Both the position numbers and the translations under genes were made by a program. Below, piece after piece: positions 1 through 13,339 of a DNA stretch of 64,000 bases. A model generated the notes under the pieces. It was not told the origin of the DNA and did no database searches. It worked only from the letters and a program-made list of their open reading frames with translations. The DNA comes from the human T2T-CHM13v2.0 reference genome, Homo sapiens, in the NCBI RefSeq assembly GCF_009914755.1, contig NC_060931.1. One strand, written 5' to 3'. Numbering within the stretch: position 1 is the first letter of the stretch; each line of letters begins with the position of its first letter.

Positions 1-57
1 CCACAGCTCTGACCTTCCTGTCCTAGATGAGGGTTTGTCTTTCTCTGCCACAAGAGC

Positions 58-1014
58 ATGGAAGGCAACCAGACATGGATCACAGACATCACCCTGCTGG
101 GATTCCAGGTTGGTCCAGCACTGGCGATTCTCCTCTGTGGACTCTTCTCTGTCTTCTATACACTCACCCTGCTGGGGAATGGGGTCATCTTTGGGATTAT
201 CTGCCTGGACTCTAAGCTTCACACACCCATGTACTTCTTCCTCTCACACCTGGCCATCATTGACATGTCCTATGCTTCCAACAATGTTCCCAAGATGTTG
301 GCAAACCTAATGAACCAGAAAAGAACCATCTCCTTTGTTCCATGCATAATGCAGACTTTTTTGTATTTGGCTTTTGCTGTTACAGAGTGCCTGATTTTGG
401 TGGTGATGTCCTATGATAGGTATGTGGCCATCTGCCACCCTTTCCAGTACACTGTCATCATGAGCTGGAGAGTGTGCACGATCCTGGTTCTCACGTCCTG
501 GTCATGTGGGTTTGCCCTGTCCCTGGTACATGAAATTCTCCTTCTAAGGTTGCCCTTCTGTGGGCCCCGGGATGTGAACCACCTCTTCTGTGAAATTCTG
601 TCTGTCCTCAAGCTGGCCTGTGCTGACACCTGGGTTAACCAAGTGGTCATATTTGCTACCTGTGTGTTTGTCTTAGTCGGGCCTCTTTCCTTGATTCTGG
701 TCTCCTACATGCACATCCTCGGGGCCATCCTGAAGATCCAGACAAAGGAGGGCCGCATAAAGGCCTTCTCCACCTGCTCCTCCCACCTGTGTGTGGTTGG
801 ACTATTCTTTGGCATAGCCATGGTGGTTTACATGGTCCCAGACTCTAATCAACGAGAGGAGCAGGAGAAAATGCTGTCCCTGTTTCACAGTGTCTTGAAC
901 CCAATGCTGAACCCCCTGATCTACAGCCTGAGGAATGCTCAGTTGAAGGGCGCCCTCCACAGAGCACTCCAGAGGAAGAGGTCCATGAGAACGGTGTATG
1001 GGCTTTGCCTTTAA
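58..1014 (+). CDS. OR2A2: Olfactory receptor family 2 subfamily A member 2, 318 aa, intact single coding exon
   Basis: The ORF carries the OR motifs: N-glycosylation site NQT, GN in TM1, LHTPMYFFLSHLA, MSYDRYVAICHP, KAFSTCSSHL and PMLNPLIYSLRN. The N-terminus MEGNQTWITDITLLGF and C-terminus RSMRTVYGLCL match human OR2A2 as I recall it. Confidence 0.95.
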   Translation: MEGNQTWITDITLLGFQVGPALAILLCGLFSVFYTLTLLGNGVIFGIICLDSKLHTPMYFFLSHLAIIDMSYASNNVPKMLANLMNQKRTISFVPCIMQTFLYLAFAVTECLILVVMSYDRYVAICHPFQYTVIMSWRVCTILVLTSWSCGFALSLVHEILLLRLPFCGPRDVNHLFCEILSVLKLACADTWVNQVVIFATCVFVLVGPLSLILVSYMHILGAILKIQTKEGRIKAFSTCSSHLCVVGLFFGIAMVVYMVPDSNQREEQEKMLSLFHSVLNPMLNPLIYSLRNAQLKGALHRALQRKRSMRTVYGLCL

Positions 1015-1259
1015 AACATGTGGTTTGCTGAAGCAAGAATTTTGAATATATTTTGCAGAAGAAGTTTAATATAAAAATGGTGAGTGATTGAATTCAAGCT
1101 TTGAAAATAGGGCAATATTCAATGGAATGTATGTTCTCTAAAATCGAGGAATCATCTCAGTAGATAGGAGAGCAAAATTATCAGAATATTTAGCCTTTCC
1201 TTTAAAAGTGTTAGAACATCTTTTTGCTTTTATTTTTATTTATTTACTTTTTATGTCAC

Positions 1260-1750
1260 AGTGCCATTTTATATAATTTCCTGAAATAGGCAAAATGAAA
1301 CTCTGATGTTAAAGGAGATAACAGCATTGTTTCATAATAGCTAAAACCTGAAAAGAATCCAAATATCTATCAACAGGGAGAAGTTGAGTAACTTGTATAT
1401 TCACACAGCAGAATACTAAGTAACAAAGAAAATGAATGAACCTCAACATACAGTAACATGGATGAATATTACAAACACAAAATCTGGAGTGATACAGATC
1501 TGGAGTGATACAAAATCTGGAGTGATAGAAGCCAGACACAAAAGGATGTATGATTCCACGCGTACATAAATTTCAAACATAGGCAATAACTAAACTATAA
1601 CGTTAAAGCTAGGATATTAGACATCATTAGGATGAAGGGAGTAGATAGTGACTGGGAGGGGTAGGAAGGCAGCTGGGTAATGGCCATTTACTGATAATCC
1701 CTTGCACTATACATTTATGCTTTGTGTACATTTCTCTTGTGTACATTTTA
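1260..1750 (+). mobile_element. Old L1 (L1ME-like) 3' end fragment
   Basis: Degenerate L1M 3' motifs (tcataatagctaaaacctgaaa, acatggatgaat, agaagccagacacaaaagg). Boundaries are approximate. Confidence 0.6.
1479..1528. repeat. Tandem repeat, 3 copies of a 16-17 bp unit (ATCTGGAGTGATA core)
   Basis: Read directly: aaatctggagtgatac-agatctggagtgatac-aaaatctggagtgatag. Confidence 0.9.
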
Positions 1751-1754
1751 AAAA

Positions 1755-3110
1755 TAATTTCTACATTTATTTTAGATTCAGGTTGTACATGTGCAGGTTT
1801 GTTACATGGGTGTATTGTGTGATGATGAGGTCTGTGGTACAGATGATCCCTCCCCCAGGTACTAGGCATAGTACCCAATAGGTTTTTTTTCGGTCCACAC
1901 CCCCTTCCTCCTTACACTCTCTAGTAGTCCCCAGTGTCTACTTTTCCCATCTTTATGTCCATATGTACTCAAAGTTTAGCTCCCAGTTATAAATGAGAAC
2001 ATGTGGTATTTGGTTTTCTGTTCCAGTATTAATTTGCTTAGGATAATGGCTTCCATTTGCATACATATTGCCGCAAAGGACATAATTTCATGTTCATTGG
2101 CTATGTAGTATTCCACGGTGTATATGTACCACATTTTCTTTATCCAGTCTACTTCTGATGGCCACCTAGGTTGATTCCATGCCTTTGTTATTGTGAATAG
2201 CACTGTGATGAACATACACGTGTATGTGTTTCTTTGATAGAAATATTTCTTTTCCTTTGGGTATATACCCTGTAATGGGATTGTTGAGTTGAATGGTAGT
2301 TCTATTTTTAGTTCTTTAAGAAACCTCCAAACCTCTTTCTGCAATGACTGAACTAGTTTACGTTTTCACCAGCAGTGTATAAGTGTTTCCTTTTATCTGC
2401 AGCCTTGCCAACATCTGTTATGTTTTGACTTTTTAGTAATAGCCATTCTGACTGATTTACGATAGAATGTCATTGTGGTTTTGATTTGCATTTATCTGAT
2501 TATTAGTGAAGATGAGCATTTTTTCATGTTTGTTGGCTGCTTGTATGTCTTCTTTTGTAAAGTGTTTGTTTATATTCTTTGCCCATTTTTAATGGGGTTG
2601 TTTTTTGTTTGTTGATTTGTTTGTTTCTTATAGATTCTGAATATTAGACCTTGTTGGATGCATAGTTTGCAAATTTTTTCTCACATTCTTTAGACTGTCT
2701 ATTTATTCTGTTGATAGTTTCTTTCGCTGTGCAGAATCTCTTTAGTTTAATTACATCCCATTTGTCAATTTTGGTTTTTTACAATGGCTTTTGGGGACCT
2801 TGCCAACAATTCTTTGTCAATGCTGATGTCAAGTAGGGTATTTTCTAGATTTTCTTCTAGAATTTTTATAGGTGTGATTTTACATTTAAGTCTTTAATCC
2901 ATCTTGAGTCATTTTTTATATATGGTGAAAGTAGGGGGTCCAGTTTCACTCTTCTGCATATGGCTAGCCAGTTATCCCAGCACCATTTGTCAAACAGGAA
3001 GTCCTTTCCCCATTGCTTATTTTTGTTGACTTTGTCAAAGACCAGTGGTTTTAGGTGTGCAGCTTTATTTCTGGGTTTTCTATTCCGTTCCGTTGGTCTG
3101 TATGTCTGTA
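1755..3110 (-). mobile_element. L1PB/old L1PA, 5'-truncated (3' UTR plus ORF2 C-terminus)
   Basis: Antisense L1 3' UTR (gtacatgtgcaggtttgttacatggg). ORF 1976-2344 translates as L1 ORF2 C-terminus (VWRFLKELKIELPF...[10 protein letters not shown]). Confidence 0.9.
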
Positions 3111-3114
3111 CAAC

Positions 3115-4690
3115 ATCTTGTATCCCTTGATGAAATAATTTAGGAGTAAAAGGGAATAAGATACGGAAAGCTTTAGATCAATACTAAACTGTGTAAAAAA
3201 CCCTAAAATATATTAAAGCTTCAGGATTTGGTAAAATGAAGAAAATCCATGAGTAAATATTCAAATGGCCCAGGAGACAACAATGGTTTTGAGCATTATT
3301 CAAACTTTACACTTACTCTTGGGTGATGCTAATTACTGAAAAGGCAAGATTTAATCACCTGTTGAAGCTCTTGAAATTTTTTTCATCAATACTTTTTAAT
3401 GTTTGAACCAACTTGTATGTAGATGGTGACACCAAACATCCCAACACAGCTTTGTTATAACCAACATCATTTATCTTTCATGGTGGCAAAAGATCTCCTA
3501 GATTCATGAGATCGGATTGAAACGTTGTGTTTATGATGCTGATGGTGATAAAATAAATAATGAATACTCTTTGTGTAGTTGTTAGCTAAGGCAGTATATT
3601 AATAAATCAGTTTTACAAGTATTATCTTTATTTAGGATTTTAAAAACTGATTTCCTTTGGATGTACAATACTGTCAAGTTATTAATTTCTTTTTCAATTA
3701 TTATTAGGGTGTCTGACAAAGTTGGTAAATTTTTATATTTTTATAACACACTAAAACTATGATCTACCAAAAAGTCAAATTTTTACTAAAGGTGTAAATA
3801 TTTAAACTTTTAGCAAGGAGACATGGTTGTTTCAAAGCTATCAGGTTAACCATTTCAGCAGATTAATATTGGAAAAAGAGGTAATTTCTACATATATATT
3901 TAACATTTATGGCATATACAATGCAAAGGATACATTGATTATTTTTAAGTATACAAGTGATAATAAAGAATGACATGTCAGGGTTAACTAACAGAATGTA
4001 CCTCAAACTAAAGGAGGAGTCATTTAGAATTTGAACAAGTTATAGACAATCACGAGGTTCACCTTGATCAGAAGAAGAAAGCAGGTAAATGAAGTGGGTT
4101 AGAGCAATATTTAACAGTAAATATGGGGGGCAGATAGTAAAGCTTTGATAGGCATTAGTATAGTTGGCCAAGGTCAGTTATTTTTATGAATATTAGGACT
4201 TTTACCACATGAGGGCCCTTTTAGACAGAGCTTGCCAAGGCTTTCATCAGTTTGGGTAAGATTACTATGGAAATGAAGTGTAGAATGTCATACAGAAGGT
4301 CGTGAACTATGGTAAGTAAACAATGTCTTGTGATGAATTCATAGTTGTTTGTAGGCATATCTATAGCACATTGTTTTTCATGTACAAACCATGAGAAAAG
4401 TTTAGCTTATTTTTTAATGCTCTTCTCCAGGATTTGCTGTAATGTATGATAAGAAAGGAGAAGCCTATTCAACACTTGGATCTCAGCTATGGGCTACTCA
4501 GCTCAGAAAGAAGTTGCATTAATCAAATATGGGACATACCAAACAGGACTATTTTTATCATTTTTTAATAAAAAGAAGGAACAAATCATCATGGATACTT
4601 AGTAATATATGGAAAACCCTAAATATAATTTAAGTGTAGAAGCCATGAAAAGAGTTTTATTACTTGAAACCTAGGAGTCATATTAGGAAA
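3115..4690 (-). mobile_element. Highly decayed ancient LTR-retroelement pol (integrase, probably also RT/RNase H) remnant
   Basis: The minus strand at 3274-3242 translates PGPFEYLLMDF, resembling the retroviral integrase motif P(F/W)EHLQMDF. The region is homologous to 49540-49870. Extension beyond about 3600 rests on weak similarity only. Confidence 0.6.
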
Positions 4691-4697
4691 GAAAAAT

Positions 4698-4770
4698 GAA
4701 AGAAAGAAGAAAGAAAGAGAGAAAGAAAGAAAAAAGAAAGAAAGAAAGAAAGAAAGGGAAGGAGAGAGAA
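4698..4770. repeat. (GAAA)n purine-rich simple repeat
   Basis: Seen directly. Confidence 0.9.
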
Positions 4771-5039
4771 GTTGTTAGATAAAAATCAGTTATCATATTG
4801 AAATTAGGTCATATTTTTAGGTGTTGAAAGACAACAAAGTCTTCAGCCTTGCTGTAGAATAACAATATTTAATCACCAGTAAGATGTTTTTAAAATTTTG
4901 TTATGAGAAACTCTTTTAAATACAAAAGTCTGTCAAGAGCATACAGTATATAAAATGTCAATCTATTGTTGAACTATTACATTTCTTCTTTATATTATTA
5001 GTAGGCATTTCATCTACTAAGCTTGATAACATGTGATAC

Positions 5040-5390
5040 ATAACACATGCTACAACATCAATGAACCTGAATGACATTATGCTAATAAAATAATCCAGTC
5101 ACAGAAGAACAAGTACTGCATGATTCTACTTATAAGAGTTATCTGAAAATAGTCAAATTCATAAAAACGGCATAGATTCTTGTTGCCAGGGACAGAGGGC
5201 AAGGGGAGACATGAAGTTGCTATTGAATGAATATGCATTTTCAGTAATGCAACATGAGTAAGTTCCAGAGATCTGGTGTACAACATTACGCCCTATAGTT
5301 GATCATACTACATAGTGCAATTAAAAACTTCTTAAGAGAGTAGAACTCATGTTAAAGCCTCTTGACAAAATAATAAATAAATAGATGATA
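5040..5390 (+). mobile_element. L1MA/L1MB 3' end fragment
   Basis: atgaacctgaatgacattatgcta...aagtactgcatgattctacttata...gttccagagatctggtgtacaac followed by an A-rich tail. Confidence 0.8.
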
Positions 5391-5899
5391 AATAAACAGA
5401 TAGATAAATAAGAAATCCTAACCTATGTCATTCAGGAAAGATTAGGGACTTGGTTGGGATACATTCCTTTATAATTTATTTTAATTGAGAACTTCTGGAA
5501 ATATGATGCCTTAATACAGGGGAATAAATCTCAGTCACTCTGAAAGCCCAAAGGATAAGATGCTGTGGGGAGAGAAATGTATTTTATTGACACCTTTCAA
5601 GTCATGAAAACAACTTTACCTAATTATACAGCTTATAATATACACTGAAATAAAATACTCTTACATTTCTCCATGCTTAGTATTATTCATTTGTAATTAT
5701 CCCACCTGTGTATCACAAAACATAAACTTTACAATCCAAGTCATTTAAGTACTGTGTGCTTCTAAGTAACTCAGAGTGTGATGAACTTGAACTGTAATTT
5801 AAATAAAAAATAATTTTAAGATAAAATGTTTTGTATTAGCTAAAATCAACATTAAGAAGGAAAAACAAAATATTAGTAAGTCAAATTTCGCAAAATAAA

Positions 5900-6950
5900 G
5901 TAGTAGCAGATTATGATTAAGTTGTTTTTATCCCCAGAAAGTAGGAAATATTTAACATGAAAGCAAATAATGAATATAATTTGTCACATTAATAAATTAA
6001 AGGATGCATATAATATGGCCATCTCGGTAGATCGAGAAAAGTATTTAACAAAATTCAATGCCAAGTCATGATAAAACTTTTTATAACTTATATGGCAGTA
6101 AGCCTTCTTAAAGATAACCTACAAAAAAAAAAAAAAAACACCAAACAAACAAAAAACGCAGCAGATAGCCTACTGAATGGTGAAATGCTAGCATCTTTCC
6201 ATTTAATATAAAGGACAAGGTAAGGATGCACATCATTGTCACTTTTTTTCCTTTTTCTCAGTTTCTTACTAAAGATTCCTACCAGTACAATTAGGCAAAA
6301 GGAATAAATAGACACCCATGCGTGTGCGCGCACACACACACACACACACATTTGAGAAAGAAGAAACAAACTGTAATTAACGCAAAGGACACAATTGTCA
6401 GATATGCAGAAAATCTAAAATAATCTTCTAACATATTATTAAAATTATATGAAAAGTTAAGGTAGCTTGTTACAAAATTGATATGAAAATCTATTTTTGA
6501 AAAGCAAAAACAATTAAAATAAAATTTTACAAAATTCATACAAGGATGTACCAAGAAACAAACTGAATAGAATATAAATTATGGAAGTAGATTTATGCCT
6601 CTTTTAGCTCTTGCTAAACTACAGGTAGCACAGCATGATCAATCATTGGAGAAGGAAGGACTTTGCAGTAAATGGGGCTGGGACAATTGAGTCTCCCTAA
6701 AAATACTCAAAGCCTGCAAAATCACTCAATTCCTGTGTATTCAAGACCTTTGAATATTCAAGACCTATTTCAAAGACACAAATATAATGTTTTTATGACA
6801 TATCTAAGGGAAGATTTTTAAAAATAATGCACAAAGTTGCTTTTGTAAAATAATATACCAAGTTGAAAAATCTTCAGATTGCATTAAAAGCAAATATTGA
6901 TAAATTGGACTAGATTGGAATACTGTTGACAAGTTATGAAATAGATTTAT
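5900..6950 (+). mobile_element. Old L1M ORF2 fragment with an A-rich tract (6122-6157) and (CA)n (6320-6350)
   Basis: Degenerate ORF2 RT-region motifs (gaaaagtatttaacaaaattcaa, tactgaatggtgaaatgct, ggacaaggtaaggatgc). Confidence 0.65.
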
Positions 6951-7149
6951 TTTTGTTTCATTTTGCTTTTAGAAATCAGGGATTCATCATTTCATAAGCT
7001 TGAAGTTTACAATCAGAAGGTATTTTTTCATATTTAAATTACATCACTGTACTTCCTTTATTACAAGTTTTAAGACAAATGGTAGCTAGGAATGCTCAAA
7101 TCTTTTTGTGAGAAGATGGCAAACCAATATTTGAAAGCAAATGGCACGG

Positions 7150-8925
7150 AGCATTTTATCCATGGAATATTATGCACCAGGGAGCTGGGAGACACTGAGA
7201 GAATGTTTATGTACAGGTATATGAAGGCTAGAAATGGGTGTGTTGATTTAAAATTGGCTGAAGAGAAACAAGAAAGGGAGAAGAAAATCATAACACATAC
7301 TGTTACACAACAATTTATTTCAGGGTAAGAAAAGAAGCTTGATAGATGTAAAATGTTCTGAGATGACAAATTAAGATAACTCAGTCTCTGAATATTGGAG
7401 TAATTCTCAGCTTTAGAACTTTCCTGCCCTATTAGGGTATGTGATTCCCCTCTTTACACGGAAAAAGTTTCTCCACTATAAGAACTCCAACTTGTCCTGA
7501 GGCTTAGTTATTTATAATCTTTCCTTGTGATTCCCTATGCAAAATTATTATCAGCTATCAGATGAGGGTCAAGAATTACATTACCTAGTAATCCACGATG
7601 AGATAAGAGTGACTTTCTGAATGTATAATTAAAACTAGAATGATTTTAACATAAAGGTATAAACAGCTTCTAGTAAATTGGCTGTAAAGTTTTAAAGTAA
7701 ATAACTAAAAATCTAAGTCCCTGATATGTCCAGCACTGAAAAAGCTAATCTGTACCAGATGTCTCTGTGCTTGTTTTTATTGGATTGCTAATGTTATTAT
7801 TGAATTATATTGGAGCAAGCATGGGTATTTATAGTCCATAAGCCATTATGTCATATATTTTATAAGTTATCAAGAGAAAAGCCTCACTCTGGAATGACTC
7901 CAAAGTGACCACTGGGTCTTGTTCTTAAAACACATCTAATCATATGGTATGGTCCCTGAGGCCCTACCCAGTGAAGATCTCTGACTTTGAATCAGCTGGA
8001 CCTAGACTAGCTCATAGATCTAGAACAAGTATTGGCAGTCTAGTGTCCTTGGGCCCCTTTGATCGGTCATTGTTTTTGCAAAGAAAATTTTACTAAAACA
8101 CAGCCACACCCATTCATTTACACATTGTCTATGACTGCTTTTGCCAGAGTTGACCTTTTACGATGAAGAAGATGGTCCTCAAAGTCTTATATATTTTTCT
8201 GTGGACTTTTACAGGAAAAAGTCACTAACTATTGACCCAGAGAATATATAATGTGCTCTAACATATTAATTCAATGGGTACAAACTTTACTAGTATTGGC
8301 TGTTTCCCAATTATTGGAGTTAGATTTCCAATCATTTCAATAACAAATAATCCATTACAAATTTTAGACAGTTGAGGGGATATAAAATGCTACCTGATGG
8401 TGACTGTAATTTACATTTTCTTGCTGACTAATGGTGAAGAGCAGCATTTTACATGTTTATTGACCACTTGTATTTCTTTGGAGAAGTTTCTATTCAAGCG
8501 CTTTGCTCATTTTATAAAATTTGTTTGTCTTTTAATATTAATTTGAAAGAGTTCTTTCAATACATTGTCTTTAGTTTCTTTGCTAGATAAAGAACAGTGA
8601 ATTTTATCACTTTCTGCCTGCATTTCTTGTTTCTTAATGGGGACTTTGATAATCACAGTGATTAATTTCAAAGATTTTCAATGTTAATCAATTATTCAAA
8701 TTTTACTTCTATGGATTATTGTGTCTTTTCTACAAATATATTTCTACTTAATTAATGAAAATATTCTTCTATTTTCCTCTCAAGAGTTTAAGATTTCAGT
8801 TTATATGTTTAAGTCAATAAATAGTTAATTTTAAGGTGGCATTTATCCTAGCAGAAAACAAAAAAGCCAACTTACACATTTTGTACGGAGCAGGGCCCTC
8901 TCCTCGTGGTGCCCTTTGAGATGTC
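7150..8925 (-). repeat. Ancient inverted paralogous block: 3' flank of OR2A15P, homologous to the 3' flank of OR2A14 (20516-22680). Includes shared L1ME and MER58-like fragments
   Basis: Collinear reverse-complement matches: 8821-8925 vs 20516-20615, 8361-8460 vs 21000-21100, 8070-8155 vs 21310-21400, 7540-7640 vs 21900-22010, 7220-7340 vs 22500-22620. Roughly 70-80% identity. Confidence 0.9.
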
Positions 8926-9825
8926 TTACATCAGCCTCTCCTTCCTCAGTGCCCTCTTCTGGGCACTCTTGACCTCTGCATTCCTCAAGCTGTAGATCAG
9001 AGGGTTCAGCACCTGATTCCAAAGGCTGCAAAACAGGGAAAGGACCTTCTGCTGCTCCTCGGGATGGCGGGACTTGGGGGCCATGTACATGACAATGGCG
9101 TTGCCAAAGAAGAACCCCACCACACAGAGGTGGGAGGAGCAGGTAGAGAAGTCCTTTCTGTGGCCCTCGCCAGACTGGATCCTCAGGATGGCCGCCAGGA
9201 TGCCCAAGTAAGAGACCAGCACCAGGCAGAGTCACCCTACCAGGATGAACATGCAGGCTGCAAAGATGACCACCTGGTTGAGCCAGGTGTCAGCACAGGC
9301 CAACTTGAGGACAGACAGGATTTCACAGTAGTGGTTGATTTCATGAGCCCACTGAAGGGCAGCCTCAGAATGAGAACTAAATGGACCAGAGCCAGGAGGA
9401 AGCTGAACACCCAGGAAGCCACAGCCAGGACAGTGCACTCTCTCCAGCTCATGAGGACATTGTAACGTAAGGGGTGGCAGATGGCCACATAGCGATCATA
9501 GGACAAAACCACCAAAATCAGACACTCTATGTGAGCAAAAGCCAAATACAAGAATGTCTGCATTATGCATGGAAAAAAGCACATGGTGCTTTTCTAGTTT
9601 GCAAGATCCACCAGCATCTTGGGAACATTGTTGGAAGCATAGGACATGTCAATGACGGCCAGGTGTGAGAGGAAGAAGTATGAGAGTGTGCAGACTGTGG
9701 TCCAGACAGATGAGTTCCAAGGCTATTCCAAGGGAGAAGCTCCAAAAGAGGAGCACTTCCATCTCAGCACTGAGCTGGAATCCCACCAGGATGAATTCTG
9801 TGACCATTGATTGGTGACATCCCAT
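8926..9825 (-). pseudogene. OR2A15P: OR2A subfamily pseudogene with multiple disablements
   Basis: ATG at 9825 (MGCHQSMVTEFILVGFQLSAEMEVLLFW). Lesions: 27-nt deletion in TM1, 2-nt frameshift in the PMYFF region (about 9681), TAG at 9594-9596, 1-nt frameshift at about 9347, TGA at 9232-9234. It ends KERLM* at 8926. The symbol is inferred from its position between OR2A2 and OR2A14. Confidence 0.9.
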
Positions 9826-9828
9826 TTC

Positions 9829-12306
<2,478 letters not shown>

Positions 12307-13339
12307 CAAATGTTGGTGATCAAATTAATTTTCTGTGGTAACTTTTTAGAAAACGTTAATGATAAAGATACTGGGAGTAAAAAGCTATTTATGTACAACC
12401 TGAAAGCATGCTAAATGTAAATGTTATGTTCTATTTCACAAGGGAGACCAGTTTGGGTTGGATTGGTGAAGAGGGCTCCAAGAGTGCTTTGCAGAATCAG
12501 TATTAAGTATGAAGTCAAGTGGGTAGAACAGTTAAAATTGTCTTGAAATAAGGAATAAGAATTTCAAGACTGGGAGCTGCTAGGGGTAGTACTTGAATGA
12601 AGTAGAGTGTGTGCTTTGAAGAATAATGAGGTAAGTAGAGTAAGCCTCTATTGGTCACACAGATTATGTTAAAAGAAAAATAACTCCAATTATACTCCTC
12701 TTGGATATATCTTTTACTGTTCTCCATGATAGGTTAAATCTATTACTATTATTTTGAAGTGCTCCCTCCACCATAATTTAAGAATTAAACCTCTATTGAG
12801 ATCTAGGTTAAGAAAAGACACTCAGAGGGTAAGAACTGGAAGGATTTTACAATCGTCAAACTTTATCACTTAGTGCAAAAAAAAAAAAAGGATAGAGAAA
12901 GAAAGAGTATGGCCATTTTATCTGTAGGCACTAACCCACAATAAGGAAATAAATATGTGGCTAAGAAATGCTTGAGATGGAAGGCACACTGAAGAAATTC
13001 AAGGAAGAAGATGAAGTATACCTGAACTACCAAGTCAATAATATTTGTGAGAAATTTGCAGTAGTTATTTTACAATGACGTTTTCTCCATTGAGAGAAAG
13101 CTATTTCTCTGAAGTGATGCTTTAACAGAATTCAGGGACCTCTAACCAGCAGAGACCAAGAGATCATTGGCTCTCCTCTAGGGAAACTAGGAATTAGAGA
13201 GTGGAACAATTTTAAGATTGATAGAATAAGTATTGAAAGAAATTAATTTAAGACATGATCTTGGTTTTTAAATCTTCTGTTCAAGAGTCTTGTCTTTTAA
13301 CAGAAATCCTGTCCCTGTCCAATCCCAAGTAAACACACA

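Noticed and set aside
411-1036. Antisense and alternative-frame ORFs recurring over each OR gene (for example 411-650, 32830-33069, 48088-48270)
   Set aside because: They are shadows of paralogous OR coding sequence, and their recurrence follows from DNA similarity.
1755-1880. L1PB-like 3' ends downstream of both OR2A2 and OR2A3P (48915-49055), possibly one ancestral insertion
   Set aside because: The junction sequences and lengths differ, and the subfamily looks younger than the flank duplication, so independent insertions are more likely.
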